From positions 124,001-188,000 of the IMG/VR virus record IMGVR_UViG_3300030019_000003: a DNA stretch of 64,000 nucleotides. The stretch is one strand, 5' to 3'. The notes beneath the pieces are model-generated. The model had not been told where the DNA came from. It ran no database searches and saw only the letters and a program-made list of their open reading frames with translations. Positions 29,210-37,825 of the stretch are shown here, in pieces. The translations under genes and the position numbers were made by a program. Position 1 is the stretch's first letter; each line of letters begins with the position of its first letter.

Positions 29210-29309
29210 CCATGAACCTTTTAGAAATATTCTATTAAATACCCTCAGTGTAAAGTTTTTTATGAAACAACTCTTAAATAGAATTAAAATTAAAATAAGG
29301 AGAAACGAT

Positions 29310-29969
29310 GTGAAAACCGTATCAGAAAACGGTGTACTATTGGTTAGCATACCAGAGTACATCCATAAAACTTTAGATAGTAAAGGTGTGTCGCTGGCCA
29401 TGCTAGGGGATAAGTTAGGCACACTTACCAGACTTAATGACGATAATAAATCTGCTTTAAGACAGGCTGCTATCACAGAGTTCTATAACTTTTTGAAAGA
29501 TCAACTTTCTCTTTCAGACATTAACGACCTATTAATATGCAATAGTTTAGTTGATGACATTTTCTATGGTACATCTTCCAGTATTGGTAGTAAGCCAACT
29601 ACTTATGCCCCTGTTAAGATTCCTGACGTAACCTCTTATGCCTTTAGTAACCTTATGCGCATATTTGAAAATAATAGTATAAGAGATGGCCAAGCAGATT
29701 TTATTAACTACATGAGTAACAAAGATGTCGATCTTAACGGTATTATAATGAATAATGACCACACTAAGGTGGTTGAGCTTGTTAAGACTCAATACGTCTT
29801 ATTTGTTATTATTAAGTCAGGGTTTACGAATATTATAAGATTTAAGAATACAAACTTCGTTTCTTACTTTAGAAAACTTACTTTGAATTCGATGTTTAAT
29901 GCTTACGGTGACGCACTGACCACAAATCATGCTTTATTTCTAAGCTACCTAAGATTAACGGGTAACTAG
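29310..29969 (+). CDS. virion/head-associated protein (phiKZ gp119 position)
   Basis: AAGGAG RBS before GTG 29310; between helicase and capsid gene as in phiKZ. Confidence 0.6.
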   Translation: MKTVSENGVLLVSIPEYIHKTLDSKGVSLAMLGDKLGTLTRLNDDNKSALRQAAITEFYNFLKDQLSLSDINDLLICNSLVDDIFYGTSSSIGSKPTTYAPVKIPDVTSYAFSNLMRIFENNSIRDGQADFINYMSNKDVDLNGIIMNNDHTKVVELVKTQYVLFVIIKSGFTNIIRFKNTNFVSYFRKLTLNSMFNAYGDALTTNHALFLSYLRLTGN

Positions 29970-30076
29970 TTATAGTTACAAAAAAGATTAATGTTTTATA
30001 TATGATACCGTTCATATATAAAAACTAGATACTGTCTAGTACTTAATAATAACAAAAAAAAAACAAGGAGTTAATT

Positions 30077-32266
30077 ATGGCAATCTTTGCAGATGGCGAT
30101 AAATGCGCAAGACTATATACAAGTTTTTCAAAATCTTTTACACAAAAAGGCTTAGCAGGAAAACAAGCACTAACCTCTACAGGTCAAACACTCTCAAGTG
30201 AGAGTCTTACAGATGCTGAGAAAACAAATGCTATTTCAATTGGCGATGGCATTAGCGAAACTATTAAACAAGTTCTTTCTGCTGAAGGTCTTTATACACC
30301 AGGCGATGTTTCACATGAAAAAGGCTTACAAGCTGCAACAATGATTGCTAAACTTGGTAGCTTTGATGTTTATAAAAATGTTGCTGGTACAAAAGCAGCT
30401 TCAGCTAACGCTGGTGTTGTTACATCTGAACAACTTGGTTACAATTCAGGTACTGTTTTTGGTTCACTAGGTAATGAGGCTTATTCTGAGCAAGAGTATG
30501 ACAACAGTCTTTACTACTCTATCATGTTTAACTATGCTGTCGTACGCCAAGAAGACCTTATTGAAGCATTCTTCCCTACTATCGTCATTGATCCTGCACA
30601 AACTGCTATCGAAGTCGAGATCAGCCTTCTTAGCTATATGAAAGACTTTGTACATCCTCTTGATGGTTCACCTATCGAAGATACGATGGAAAAAGACTAT
30701 GTTATCAAAACGCTTTACTCTGAAAAATGGCTTGCAAGTAACAACCTTAAAATCGTTCCTGTTCTTAAAGCTGAAACAGCTGCAAGATTCATGACAGACC
30801 TTACTGTTGTTGATAGTTCAGGTTATGAGACAGTTGATACAGCTCCGTTACTTGTTAACCAAGATCACAACCTTATCTCATTGAGTGCAACTGATCTTAT
30901 GCTAGATCGTGGTATCATGGATAGATCTGATTACCTTGACAAAACACTTAAAGTTAAAAACATTTATGTTAAAGTTACAAGTGTTGATGGTACAGGTGCA
31001 GATGTTTCTGAAACATTCCGTATCCCGTTAAGTATTTACCTTGCTTCTAACTTCATGCCTGTTCAACAAGGTGAAGTAAGACGTTACCAATTGAATTTTG
31101 AGACAAATGATATCATCCTTGATAGCACTTTGAAAACAGCTAAAAACTCTATCTCAAATATCTTTAAAACGTTACTTGCTGCAAATGCCGTTAAACTACA
31201 TGTATCACTTTCTGGTAAAGTTGATTTACGTACAGGTACTATGAGTGTTGCTCCGATCAAAACTGAATTGTACAAAGTGTACGATACTGTTGGTAATGAA
31301 ATTTCTAAAAAAGATCCTTCATATGCTACGATCCTTGCTGGTTTCAAATCAATCGAAGTTACAGCTTATGATCCTGAAGCATATAGAACCAATGAGAACA
31401 CAAGAACTCCAGGTGTTTATTTAACATCTGATGTTGTTAAACATGCTTACCAAGTTCCATTCTTATCAGACACAAGTATTCTTGGACCTGAAGTAAAAAT
31501 CGGTGGTAACCTTTCTGATCTTAGCACTATTTCTTCTGTTATCGTTTCTACAGGCGCTAGACAATCACTTGCTGGTTTCAAACGTTTGAAAGACACTGCA
31601 ACTGAATTGAGTTATATTGCTAAATATGGTATCAGTGCAAATGCAAGTATTACAGGTATCGGTAGATATTTTGTAAACCCTTACTTTATTGCTGCGCAAA
31701 TCAATGTTAACGAATCTGTTGACAGTATGTCTTCAAGTGATCGTTTTGAAGATGTATCTGCTATGCTTAGAAATAAACTTCGTGATGCAGCTATGGAAAT
31801 GGCTCTTAACTCTAACTATTATGTTGCGTACAGAACACTTCGTCCAGGTAAACCACTTCGTGTTGTTATCGGTACAGGTGCAAGAACAAAAATGTATATC
31901 ATGGGTAAAAACAACGAAGACGTTATCAAACTTTCAGATGAGATTGAAGCATATGTATATGCTACTCCATACTCTGAGCTTGAAGGCGTTGTCTATATGT
32001 CATTTGCTACAGATGAAGGTTCTAAAGATTCTAAAATGGATCCATTTAACTTTGGTAACACAATCTGGTCACCATCATTTGTTGTTGATGTTAAGAAACA
32101 AACAAACGGTGCAAATAACCGTCTTATCTCTAACGTTCCTCGTTATGCGCATATCGTTAACCTTCCAGTTCTTTACTATGCAGAGATTTCTGACTTTGGT
32201 AGTGTTCTTGGTAAAGTTAGCAAAAATGTTAACATTCTTGGTACTGTTGAAATCGAACAAAAATAA
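30077..32266 (+). CDS. major capsid protein (phiKZ gp120-like)
   Basis: 729 aa; strong codon bias; QEDLIEAFFPTIVIDP and VPRYAHIVNLPV motifs; S/A/G-x-E sites in N-terminal propeptide. Confidence 0.9.
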   Translation: MAIFADGDKCARLYTSFSKSFTQKGLAGKQALTSTGQTLSSESLTDAEKTNAISIGDGISETIKQVLSAEGLYTPGDVSHEKGLQAATMIAKLGSFDVYKNVAGTKAASANAGVVTSEQLGYNSGTVFGSLGNEAYSEQEYDNSLYYSIMFNYAVVRQEDLIEAFFPTIVIDPAQTAIEVEISLLSYMKDFVHPLDGSPIEDTMEKDYVIKTLYSEKWLASNNLKIVPVLKAETAARFMTDLTVVDSSGYETVDTAPLLVNQDHNLISLSATDLMLDRGIMDRSDYLDKTLKVKNIYVKVTSVDGTGADVSETFRIPLSIYLASNFMPVQQGEVRRYQLNFETNDIILDSTLKTAKNSISNIFKTLLAANAVKLHVSLSGKVDLRTGTMSVAPIKTELYKVYDTVGNEISKKDPSYATILAGFKSIEVTAYDPEAYRTNENTRTPGVYLTSDVVKHAYQVPFLSDTSILGPEVKIGGNLSDLSTISSVIVSTGARQSLAGFKRLKDTATELSYIAKYGISANASITGIGRYFVNPYFIAAQINVNESVDSMSSSDRFEDVSAMLRNKLRDAAMEMALNSNYYVAYRTLRPGKPLRVVIGTGARTKMYIMGKNNEDVIKLSDEIEAYVYATPYSELEGVVYMSFATDEGSKDSKMDPFNFGNTIWSPSFVVDVKKQTNGANNRLISNVPRYAHIVNLPVLYYAEISDFGSVLGKVSKNVNILGTVEIEQK

Positions 32267-32274
32267 TACGTCCT

Positions 32275-32312
32275 TACTACACCTACCTGGAGCAATCCAG
32301 GTAGGTGTAGTA
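32275..32312. terminator. inverted repeat terminator after capsid gene
   Basis: 17-bp arms, GCAA loop, downstream T tract. Confidence 0.8.
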
Positions 32313-32335
32313 GTACTTTCGTTTTTTCTTAACGA

Positions 32336-32344
32336 TATATTATT
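32336..32344 (+). promoter_or_regulatory. putative early phage promoter
   Basis: CTTAACGATATATTATT. Confidence 0.55.
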
Positions 32345-32377
32345 CATTTAGAAATCTGTGTAATAAAAAGGTTGGTT

Positions 32378-33607
32378 ATGGCTATAAAACTACATGATGT
32401 AGGAGTTACAGATGTCATTGACGATGAAAAACCGTACAGTGACCTTATCTTCTGCGGTGGACCAAATTTATTAAATAACCCTACTGGGTTAAATAGCATA
32501 ATAGACGATCCTGAGTATAGACACCCAGATCGTACTAGATATGTATTTACAAATATGGGAAATGATATCTATATGTTAGATGCTAACAATATAGTATCTC
32601 CTGTACGATACAAACACTCTCTTACAAATATGGGAGTTATTAGTATATTAGAAAAGACCTTTAATATAAAGAGTCTTGAAAAGGGTATTTTCGTAGTTGA
32701 CTACATTCATATGTACAATACGCCTAATACCAAATATGCACCTATTTTAGATTACTATATGTCCTCGGACAATGTTGAGATTAGTAGTAAAGAAAAAGAA
32801 AAACTATTAAAATTACTAACTCAAAAAGTAGGTAGGCAATATGCTTCCAAAATGACCATTAGACTTATAAACTTTATTCCTGCCTCAGCACTAGATGAAT
32901 ATAATTATGTTTATTCTAAAGCAGTAGGTTTATGTTTTACAAATGGGGAATTGACAGAAGCCTTTACACACCCTTCTAGCAAACATTACACAGAATGCTA
33001 TAAGGAAGTAACGGATAAACACAGAAATGTGATCGTTATAGACATTGTTAACAATGAAAAAGATACATCATACTTTATGAAAATAGGTAATCAAATTACA
33101 CGGGTATTATCTAGACAAGATCCAACTGCTAAATCGGGATGTACAGTTGTAATCAAAAAGAATGGTAGTAAAGGTATAACTAAAAAAGTTCCATTATCAG
33201 ATACTCGATCACTAGGTGTTTATAAAACACATGATGAAGCCTATGCTGCTGGTGATATTAGTCTTATGAATGAAAAAGAGAAAATAGAGATAGAAAAACA
33301 AAAGATCAAAAATGAAATGGAGAAATTAAAAACCGATATTGAATTATATCGCTTGAAAGCTAAAGTTGAATTTAACACAAATGAACAAAAATTACAAATG
33401 AGTATATTAGATATGAGAAGTAAGCTTTTATCTATCAAAGCGGAGGAGATAAAAGTAGTTCTTGGTATCAAGCAGGCTAACAGTAAATACTATGCTGAGT
33501 TATCGTATATGTATAAGAAACAAGAGATAGAAATAACAAAAGCAGGTATGGATTTAGCAGTTAAAGTAATAACAGTGTTTCAAAGTATCTATAAGTTATT
33601 TAAGTAA
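32378..33607 (+). CDS. conserved phiKZ-like protein with C-terminal coiled coil
   Basis: Between capsid and gp123-like gene; K/E-rich heptads at C-terminus. Confidence 0.65.
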   Translation: MAIKLHDVGVTDVIDDEKPYSDLIFCGGPNLLNNPTGLNSIIDDPEYRHPDRTRYVFTNMGNDIYMLDANNIVSPVRYKHSLTNMGVISILEKTFNIKSLEKGIFVVDYIHMYNTPNTKYAPILDYYMSSDNVEISSKEKEKLLKLLTQKVGRQYASKMTIRLINFIPASALDEYNYVYSKAVGLCFTNGELTEAFTHPSSKHYTECYKEVTDKHRNVIVIDIVNNEKDTSYFMKIGNQITRVLSRQDPTAKSGCTVVIKKNGSKGITKKVPLSDTRSLGVYKTHDEAYAAGDISLMNEKEKIEIEKQKIKNEMEKLKTDIELYRLKAKVEFNTNEQKLQMSILDMRSKLLSIKAEEIKVVLGIKQANSKYYAELSYMYKKQEIEITKAGMDLAVKVITVFQSIYKLFK

Positions 33608-33623
33608 CCATGGGGAGGAAAAT

Positions 33624-35348
33624 GTGAACGATATACTGGCTAGAATTATATCTACTACGGCGCCTAAGTTTAATACCAACATAACAGATGGTACTGCAGG
33701 TGAGATACTTAAGGGTATACCTGATTTTCTAGATGATCTTTTTAGAAGAACCATCGCAGATATTGGTGTGACGATACCACTTTCGTATAAAGGGTATAGA
33801 AGATTAACTCCTAAAGAAGAGTTTACACGATCTTTATTAAATAACAGTAATAAGACTATCTTGGATCTTGCAGAGTCTGATTTCTATATGATTGAATTTC
33901 TGTTTGAATACGATGGAAGAGTTATCGTTAAACCGCTATATTTACCTTTTGCTGGCGATGGTAATATTATGCGTATTAGCAATACTCCATACATTGTTGT
34001 TCCCGTATTATCCGATACCGTTATTTCTCCTTCCTATAATGAGATATTTGTCAGGTTGCTGATTGACAAGTTTAATATCATAGGACAACTTAGAACCTTT
34101 ATTATTAATGGTGAGAAAGTACCAGGTCAAGTAGTTTACAGTAAGATTATGAAAGGAACACCTGTTGGTGATAAGATAGGAAAACCCGTTACACCTGTTT
34201 CACTTTATCTATTAGGTAAATATGGTTTTGCTAAGGTACTTAGAAAATACTGTAATATTACTGATTTCATAGTTACTAATGAAAATGTCGATCATCTTCG
34301 TGAAACACATAATGTGTATGAGTCAACAGGATTAAAACCTATTAACCTTATCACACCAGGTTATGCACCTCATGATATTAAGATTTGTATACCTATGAAG
34401 TATGAGCCTACAACATTCTTAAATAACTTCATCTTTGGAATCTTGTATGTCTTTGATATACTTCCTAAAACAGCAGATGAATTCCTCTATCTTCTTAACG
34501 GTCGTGAGATTGATGGTAGGGTATACCCCCCTAATGTTAAGGATGAAATATATATCCATTGGAGAACTATCCTGGGTAGATTATCCTATCGCGACATGTT
34601 CTCTATTATGAGAATCACAACAGATGTTAAAGACCACTTCAACTCTTTAGATACCTATCTTGATAACTTTAATAAAATAAAGTTACAGAACAATGGTATC
34701 ATGGTAAATGATTTTTACGATATGCTACATTATATCATGTTGAACTTTGATACATTGTTACTAACAAGTAAAGAATACAGCAGTGATATTCAAAATAGGT
34801 ATATTGATATCACTTACTATATGACGAACGATATCATCATCGCATTTAACAAGTTGATACAAATGATCAAGCGCAGATCATCTCGTAAATCTATCGTATC
34901 TGAAAAAGAGATTCTTAAGATCTTTAAAGATGAATTAAAGAGTAAAATTATTTATGGTCTTATTAGCAGCAAGCAAGGACTTAATATTAGTATATCACCT
35001 GCTGATTATGTGGGCGATATTAAGTACATGAAGTGTACTTCCTTATTGCAAGATCAAAACAGAGGTAATGGAGTAAGAGTTAACAGCAACAACTCCTTCC
35101 CAGAAAATACAAGAACTCTAAGAGGTCCAGATCTCTATCTTGGATCAGTTTATTTCTTACGAAAGTCTTGTCCATCTCCTCGATTTGAATTTAATCTTTA
35201 TTTAGATTATGACATCCATACTGGTAAGATTAACATGCCAGAAGATATTAAAAGAGCTGTGGATAAGCTTGATAAATTATTATCAGGTAAAGTTGTCAAT
35301 GATAACATACCACTTCTTGAATCGGATGAAGTTATCGGAGAAGATTAA
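33624..35348 (+). CDS. non-virion RNA polymerase beta subunit, N-terminal part (phiKZ gp123-like)
   Basis: 574 aa; KPLYLPF, VPVLSDTVIS, TSLLQDQNRGNG, PSPRFEFN motifs; synteny. Confidence 0.8.
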   Translation: MNDILARIISTTAPKFNTNITDGTAGEILKGIPDFLDDLFRRTIADIGVTIPLSYKGYRRLTPKEEFTRSLLNNSNKTILDLAESDFYMIEFLFEYDGRVIVKPLYLPFAGDGNIMRISNTPYIVVPVLSDTVISPSYNEIFVRLLIDKFNIIGQLRTFIINGEKVPGQVVYSKIMKGTPVGDKIGKPVTPVSLYLLGKYGFAKVLRKYCNITDFIVTNENVDHLRETHNVYESTGLKPINLITPGYAPHDIKICIPMKYEPTTFLNNFIFGILYVFDILPKTADEFLYLLNGREIDGRVYPPNVKDEIYIHWRTILGRLSYRDMFSIMRITTDVKDHFNSLDTYLDNFNKIKLQNNGIMVNDFYDMLHYIMLNFDTLLLTSKEYSSDIQNRYIDITYYMTNDIIIAFNKLIQMIKRRSSRKSIVSEKEILKIFKDELKSKIIYGLISSKQGLNISISPADYVGDIKYMKCTSLLQDQNRGNGVRVNSNNSFPENTRTLRGPDLYLGSVYFLRKSCPSPRFEFNLYLDYDIHTGKINMPEDIKRAVDKLDKLLSGKVVNDNIPLLESDEVIGED

Positions 35349-35349
35349 A

Positions 35350-35429
35350 AACATATTATTTAATTAATAACGAACAAGTACGTTAGTAATTGTGAGTTAA
35401 ACTAGCAACCTATAACTAGTTTACTAGTT
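35350..35429 (+). repeat. 80-bp promoter/leader repeat, copy 2
   Basis: 78/80 identical to 7303-7382. Confidence 0.9.
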
Positions 35430-35473
35430 GCTGGTTAACTATAAAAATAAATAAAAACCCAAAGGAAGTAAAC

Positions 35474-36946
35474 ATGTCGAACATAGGTACGGCTCCATTA
35501 GAAAATCGTATAATGGAAATTGAAAGAGCTCTACGTGGCATCTACGTAGATTGTAATCAGGCACGAGCTGATATTAGGAATTATGGTAGAAACATAGTTC
35601 CTTTATTAAACGAGGCCAGAGCAATTGATTCACAGTTAGGGGCATACGGTTATCCTCCTATCGTAAGTCTTCCTGATTTTGAATATATCAAATATCTTTC
35701 GAGTATTTTCCCAGAGAACCAGAATATGTATCCGCAACAACAACAGTACCCAATGCAGTCTGTTGGCGGTGGATACATGCAGCCACAAGTAAGAGCACCA
35801 CAACCACAGGTAACACTTCCTACCCTAGGTGGTGGGTATGCTATGGGTGGTACAAGTTCTCCTGTAGATTCTACAGATAGATTTGATAAATATGCCCAAG
35901 CTCGTCAGAATGTTATTAACCCAACTGCGGCAGCCATACCAGATCCATTTGATGGATTTGGGAACACAACAACTACTCCAGTAGCTGCTCCTAAGGCTGA
36001 GACTAAACCAGTTTATAAACCTTTTGATGGTAGTGAGTATCCATTGATGTTAGCATCAGGTTTAACAGCTGTTCTTGATAAAGATATTGGTAACTATATC
36101 AAATACGATGTGGTTGGTAAGTCTAAAATTGAAGGTAGAATGAGTGATGATATTTATACTATCAAAAACTTTACCATCTCCAGTACTGACAGAACATCCA
36201 GTTTACAATGTATGTGTGCTACAGAGTGTCCTAAGACATTGGTAACGACGGTGCCAAATATTAAGCGTTTTTATGTTGATAAAGGGTATGTTGATATTTC
36301 AGACATTCTTAAGCTCATTGACTACGCTAATGATCAAACAGTGTATGATATCGATACGTTATCTACCATGATGCACATGCTGTACGAAATACGTGCTACC
36401 GCATTTGCTACATTGGGCAGCTGGGTTGAAGACAAATTGGTTATTAAGTTCATTAACCATATGTTATTCTCTGCAGTACTTAAAAACAATATGACTATTA
36501 ATTCTGACTTTGTTAGTGTTACAGATAACCTTGAAGTTTTAAAGACTAGACTTATTGATAACACTAAGATTAAACCAGCGATTACTGCTCACAATGCTGA
36601 AACATTTGGCATCTTAGCTAAATATGTTTTTAACCTGATAGGTAATATGACCGTAGAAGAGGAAGAGGACTATCTCTATTTAGAACTTTCTGAGCCATTA
36701 ACTTTTATTGGTATTACGGATGACTATTTAGCATCTGATATTACATCTATCGAAAAAGGTCAGGCATGGTTAGTACGCGCTGATAGTTATCCAGAGTTAT
36801 TTAAATTGTTGGATATTGTTTATAACCTATCAGATATTTTCAAAGCAACGCGTACGGCAACTATTTACACGCTAGATGAAAAACAAAATGATGTACGTTA
36901 CACCGTTTACAAAGATATTAATGGTAATTTTGTTATTGTAAAATAA
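35474..36946 (+). CDS. hypothetical protein with P/Q-rich linker (490 aa)
   Basis: AAAGGA RBS; intact ORF. Confidence 0.8.
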   Translation: MSNIGTAPLENRIMEIERALRGIYVDCNQARADIRNYGRNIVPLLNEARAIDSQLGAYGYPPIVSLPDFEYIKYLSSIFPENQNMYPQQQQYPMQSVGGGYMQPQVRAPQPQVTLPTLGGGYAMGGTSSPVDSTDRFDKYAQARQNVINPTAAAIPDPFDGFGNTTTTPVAAPKAETKPVYKPFDGSEYPLMLASGLTAVLDKDIGNYIKYDVVGKSKIEGRMSDDIYTIKNFTISSTDRTSSLQCMCATECPKTLVTTVPNIKRFYVDKGYVDISDILKLIDYANDQTVYDIDTLSTMMHMLYEIRATAFATLGSWVEDKLVIKFINHMLFSAVLKNNMTINSDFVSVTDNLEVLKTRLIDNTKIKPAITAHNAETFGILAKYVFNLIGNMTVEEEEDYLYLELSEPLTFIGITDDYLASDITSIEKGQAWLVRADSYPELFKLLDIVYNLSDIFKATRTATIYTLDEKQNDVRYTVYKDINGNFVIVK

Positions 36947-36956
36947 GGAGAGTCCT

Positions 36957-37769
36957 GTGGAATCTTTACACGAAAAAGGCCGGATCGTTGTAGTTGACCC
37001 TATTAATAGGGTCCCGTTTCTTAAAGCTATGTTAGCTGAATTTCCTAAGATGGATGACCTCTGGGCAGATGTTATTCAATGTCATACGATGTATGGCAGG
37101 AAAGTATATTTTGAAGGCTTAACTGCTGCTGATGGAACTTATTTTATCAACAAACTTTTTAACGATGCAACGTCTATGTTAGACTTGCGTGAAAAACTTT
37201 ATCATAGTATCAAAGATCCTATCCTATTAAAAGAGATAGATGGATTTCTGACAGTAGCTTTTAACAATTTATCAACACGTATCAACCCTGATAAAACAGT
37301 AAAAGCTGCAAGTTTGTTAACGGATCTTGATTCTATCCTAGGTACTATAGAACATGTTCCAAGTAATGAATACAGTAATATTTGTTCGTTTGCTTTAGAT
37401 TCTCTTTTCGAGTATCTTAAAGTATCTTCAGATGAAGTCATGACTGAATTATTTGGAGATGATTCTTGCGATGGTTACAATATCATCTCAGATGATCTAG
37501 AAATCATTTGGTTACCTATCTTTACACTTGAGACACTTGTGGTGCTTAATAAGCAAGAAAGTATTGATTCTATCAATACTCATATTCGATACAAGAAACC
37601 AGATTTTAAATGGTTTGATGCTATCAATGATGTTTTCAATAATGAAAACTTTAATCACAACTTTAAGAAAACACGTACATGTCGCATCTTTATTAATGAT
37701 CCGTATGTAGGTGTTAAAGATTATAAGCTGCATATAAGCAAAGTTGGAAAGCCTGTACTTTTTACGTAA
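36957..37769 (+). CDS. hypothetical protein (270 aa)
   Basis: AAGGAG RBS before GTG. Confidence 0.75.
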   Translation: MESLHEKGRIVVVDPINRVPFLKAMLAEFPKMDDLWADVIQCHTMYGRKVYFEGLTAADGTYFINKLFNDATSMLDLREKLYHSIKDPILLKEIDGFLTVAFNNLSTRINPDKTVKAASLLTDLDSILGTIEHVPSNEYSNICSFALDSLFEYLKVSSDEVMTELFGDDSCDGYNIISDDLEIIWLPIFTLETLVVLNKQESIDSINTHIRYKKPDFKWFDAINDVFNNENFNHNFKKTRTCRIFINDPYVGVKDYKLHISKVGKPVLFT

Positions 37770-37778
37770 AAAAATACA

Positions 37779-37812
37779 ACTACACCTATAGCCACATGGC
37801 TATAGGTGTAGT
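37779..37812. terminator. bidirectional inverted repeat
   Basis: 16-bp arms, 2-nt spacer, between convergent genes. Confidence 0.75.
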
Positions 37813-37825
37813 ATGTTCTTATTCT

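Noticed and set aside
29210-29476. Long N-terminal extensions of the helicase and its divergent neighbour in the ORF track (same for portal and gp130-like at 40716-40927)
   Set aside because: They overlap each other antisense; RBS-supported starts are 29209 and 29310 (40783 and 40806)
29990-30020. TATG-type late promoter upstream of capsid and terminase genes
   Set aside because: TATG is too frequent in AT-rich DNA to call without TSS data
31689-32351. 220-aa alternative-frame ORF inside the capsid gene
   Set aside because: Leu-rich by-product of strong codon bias; no RBS
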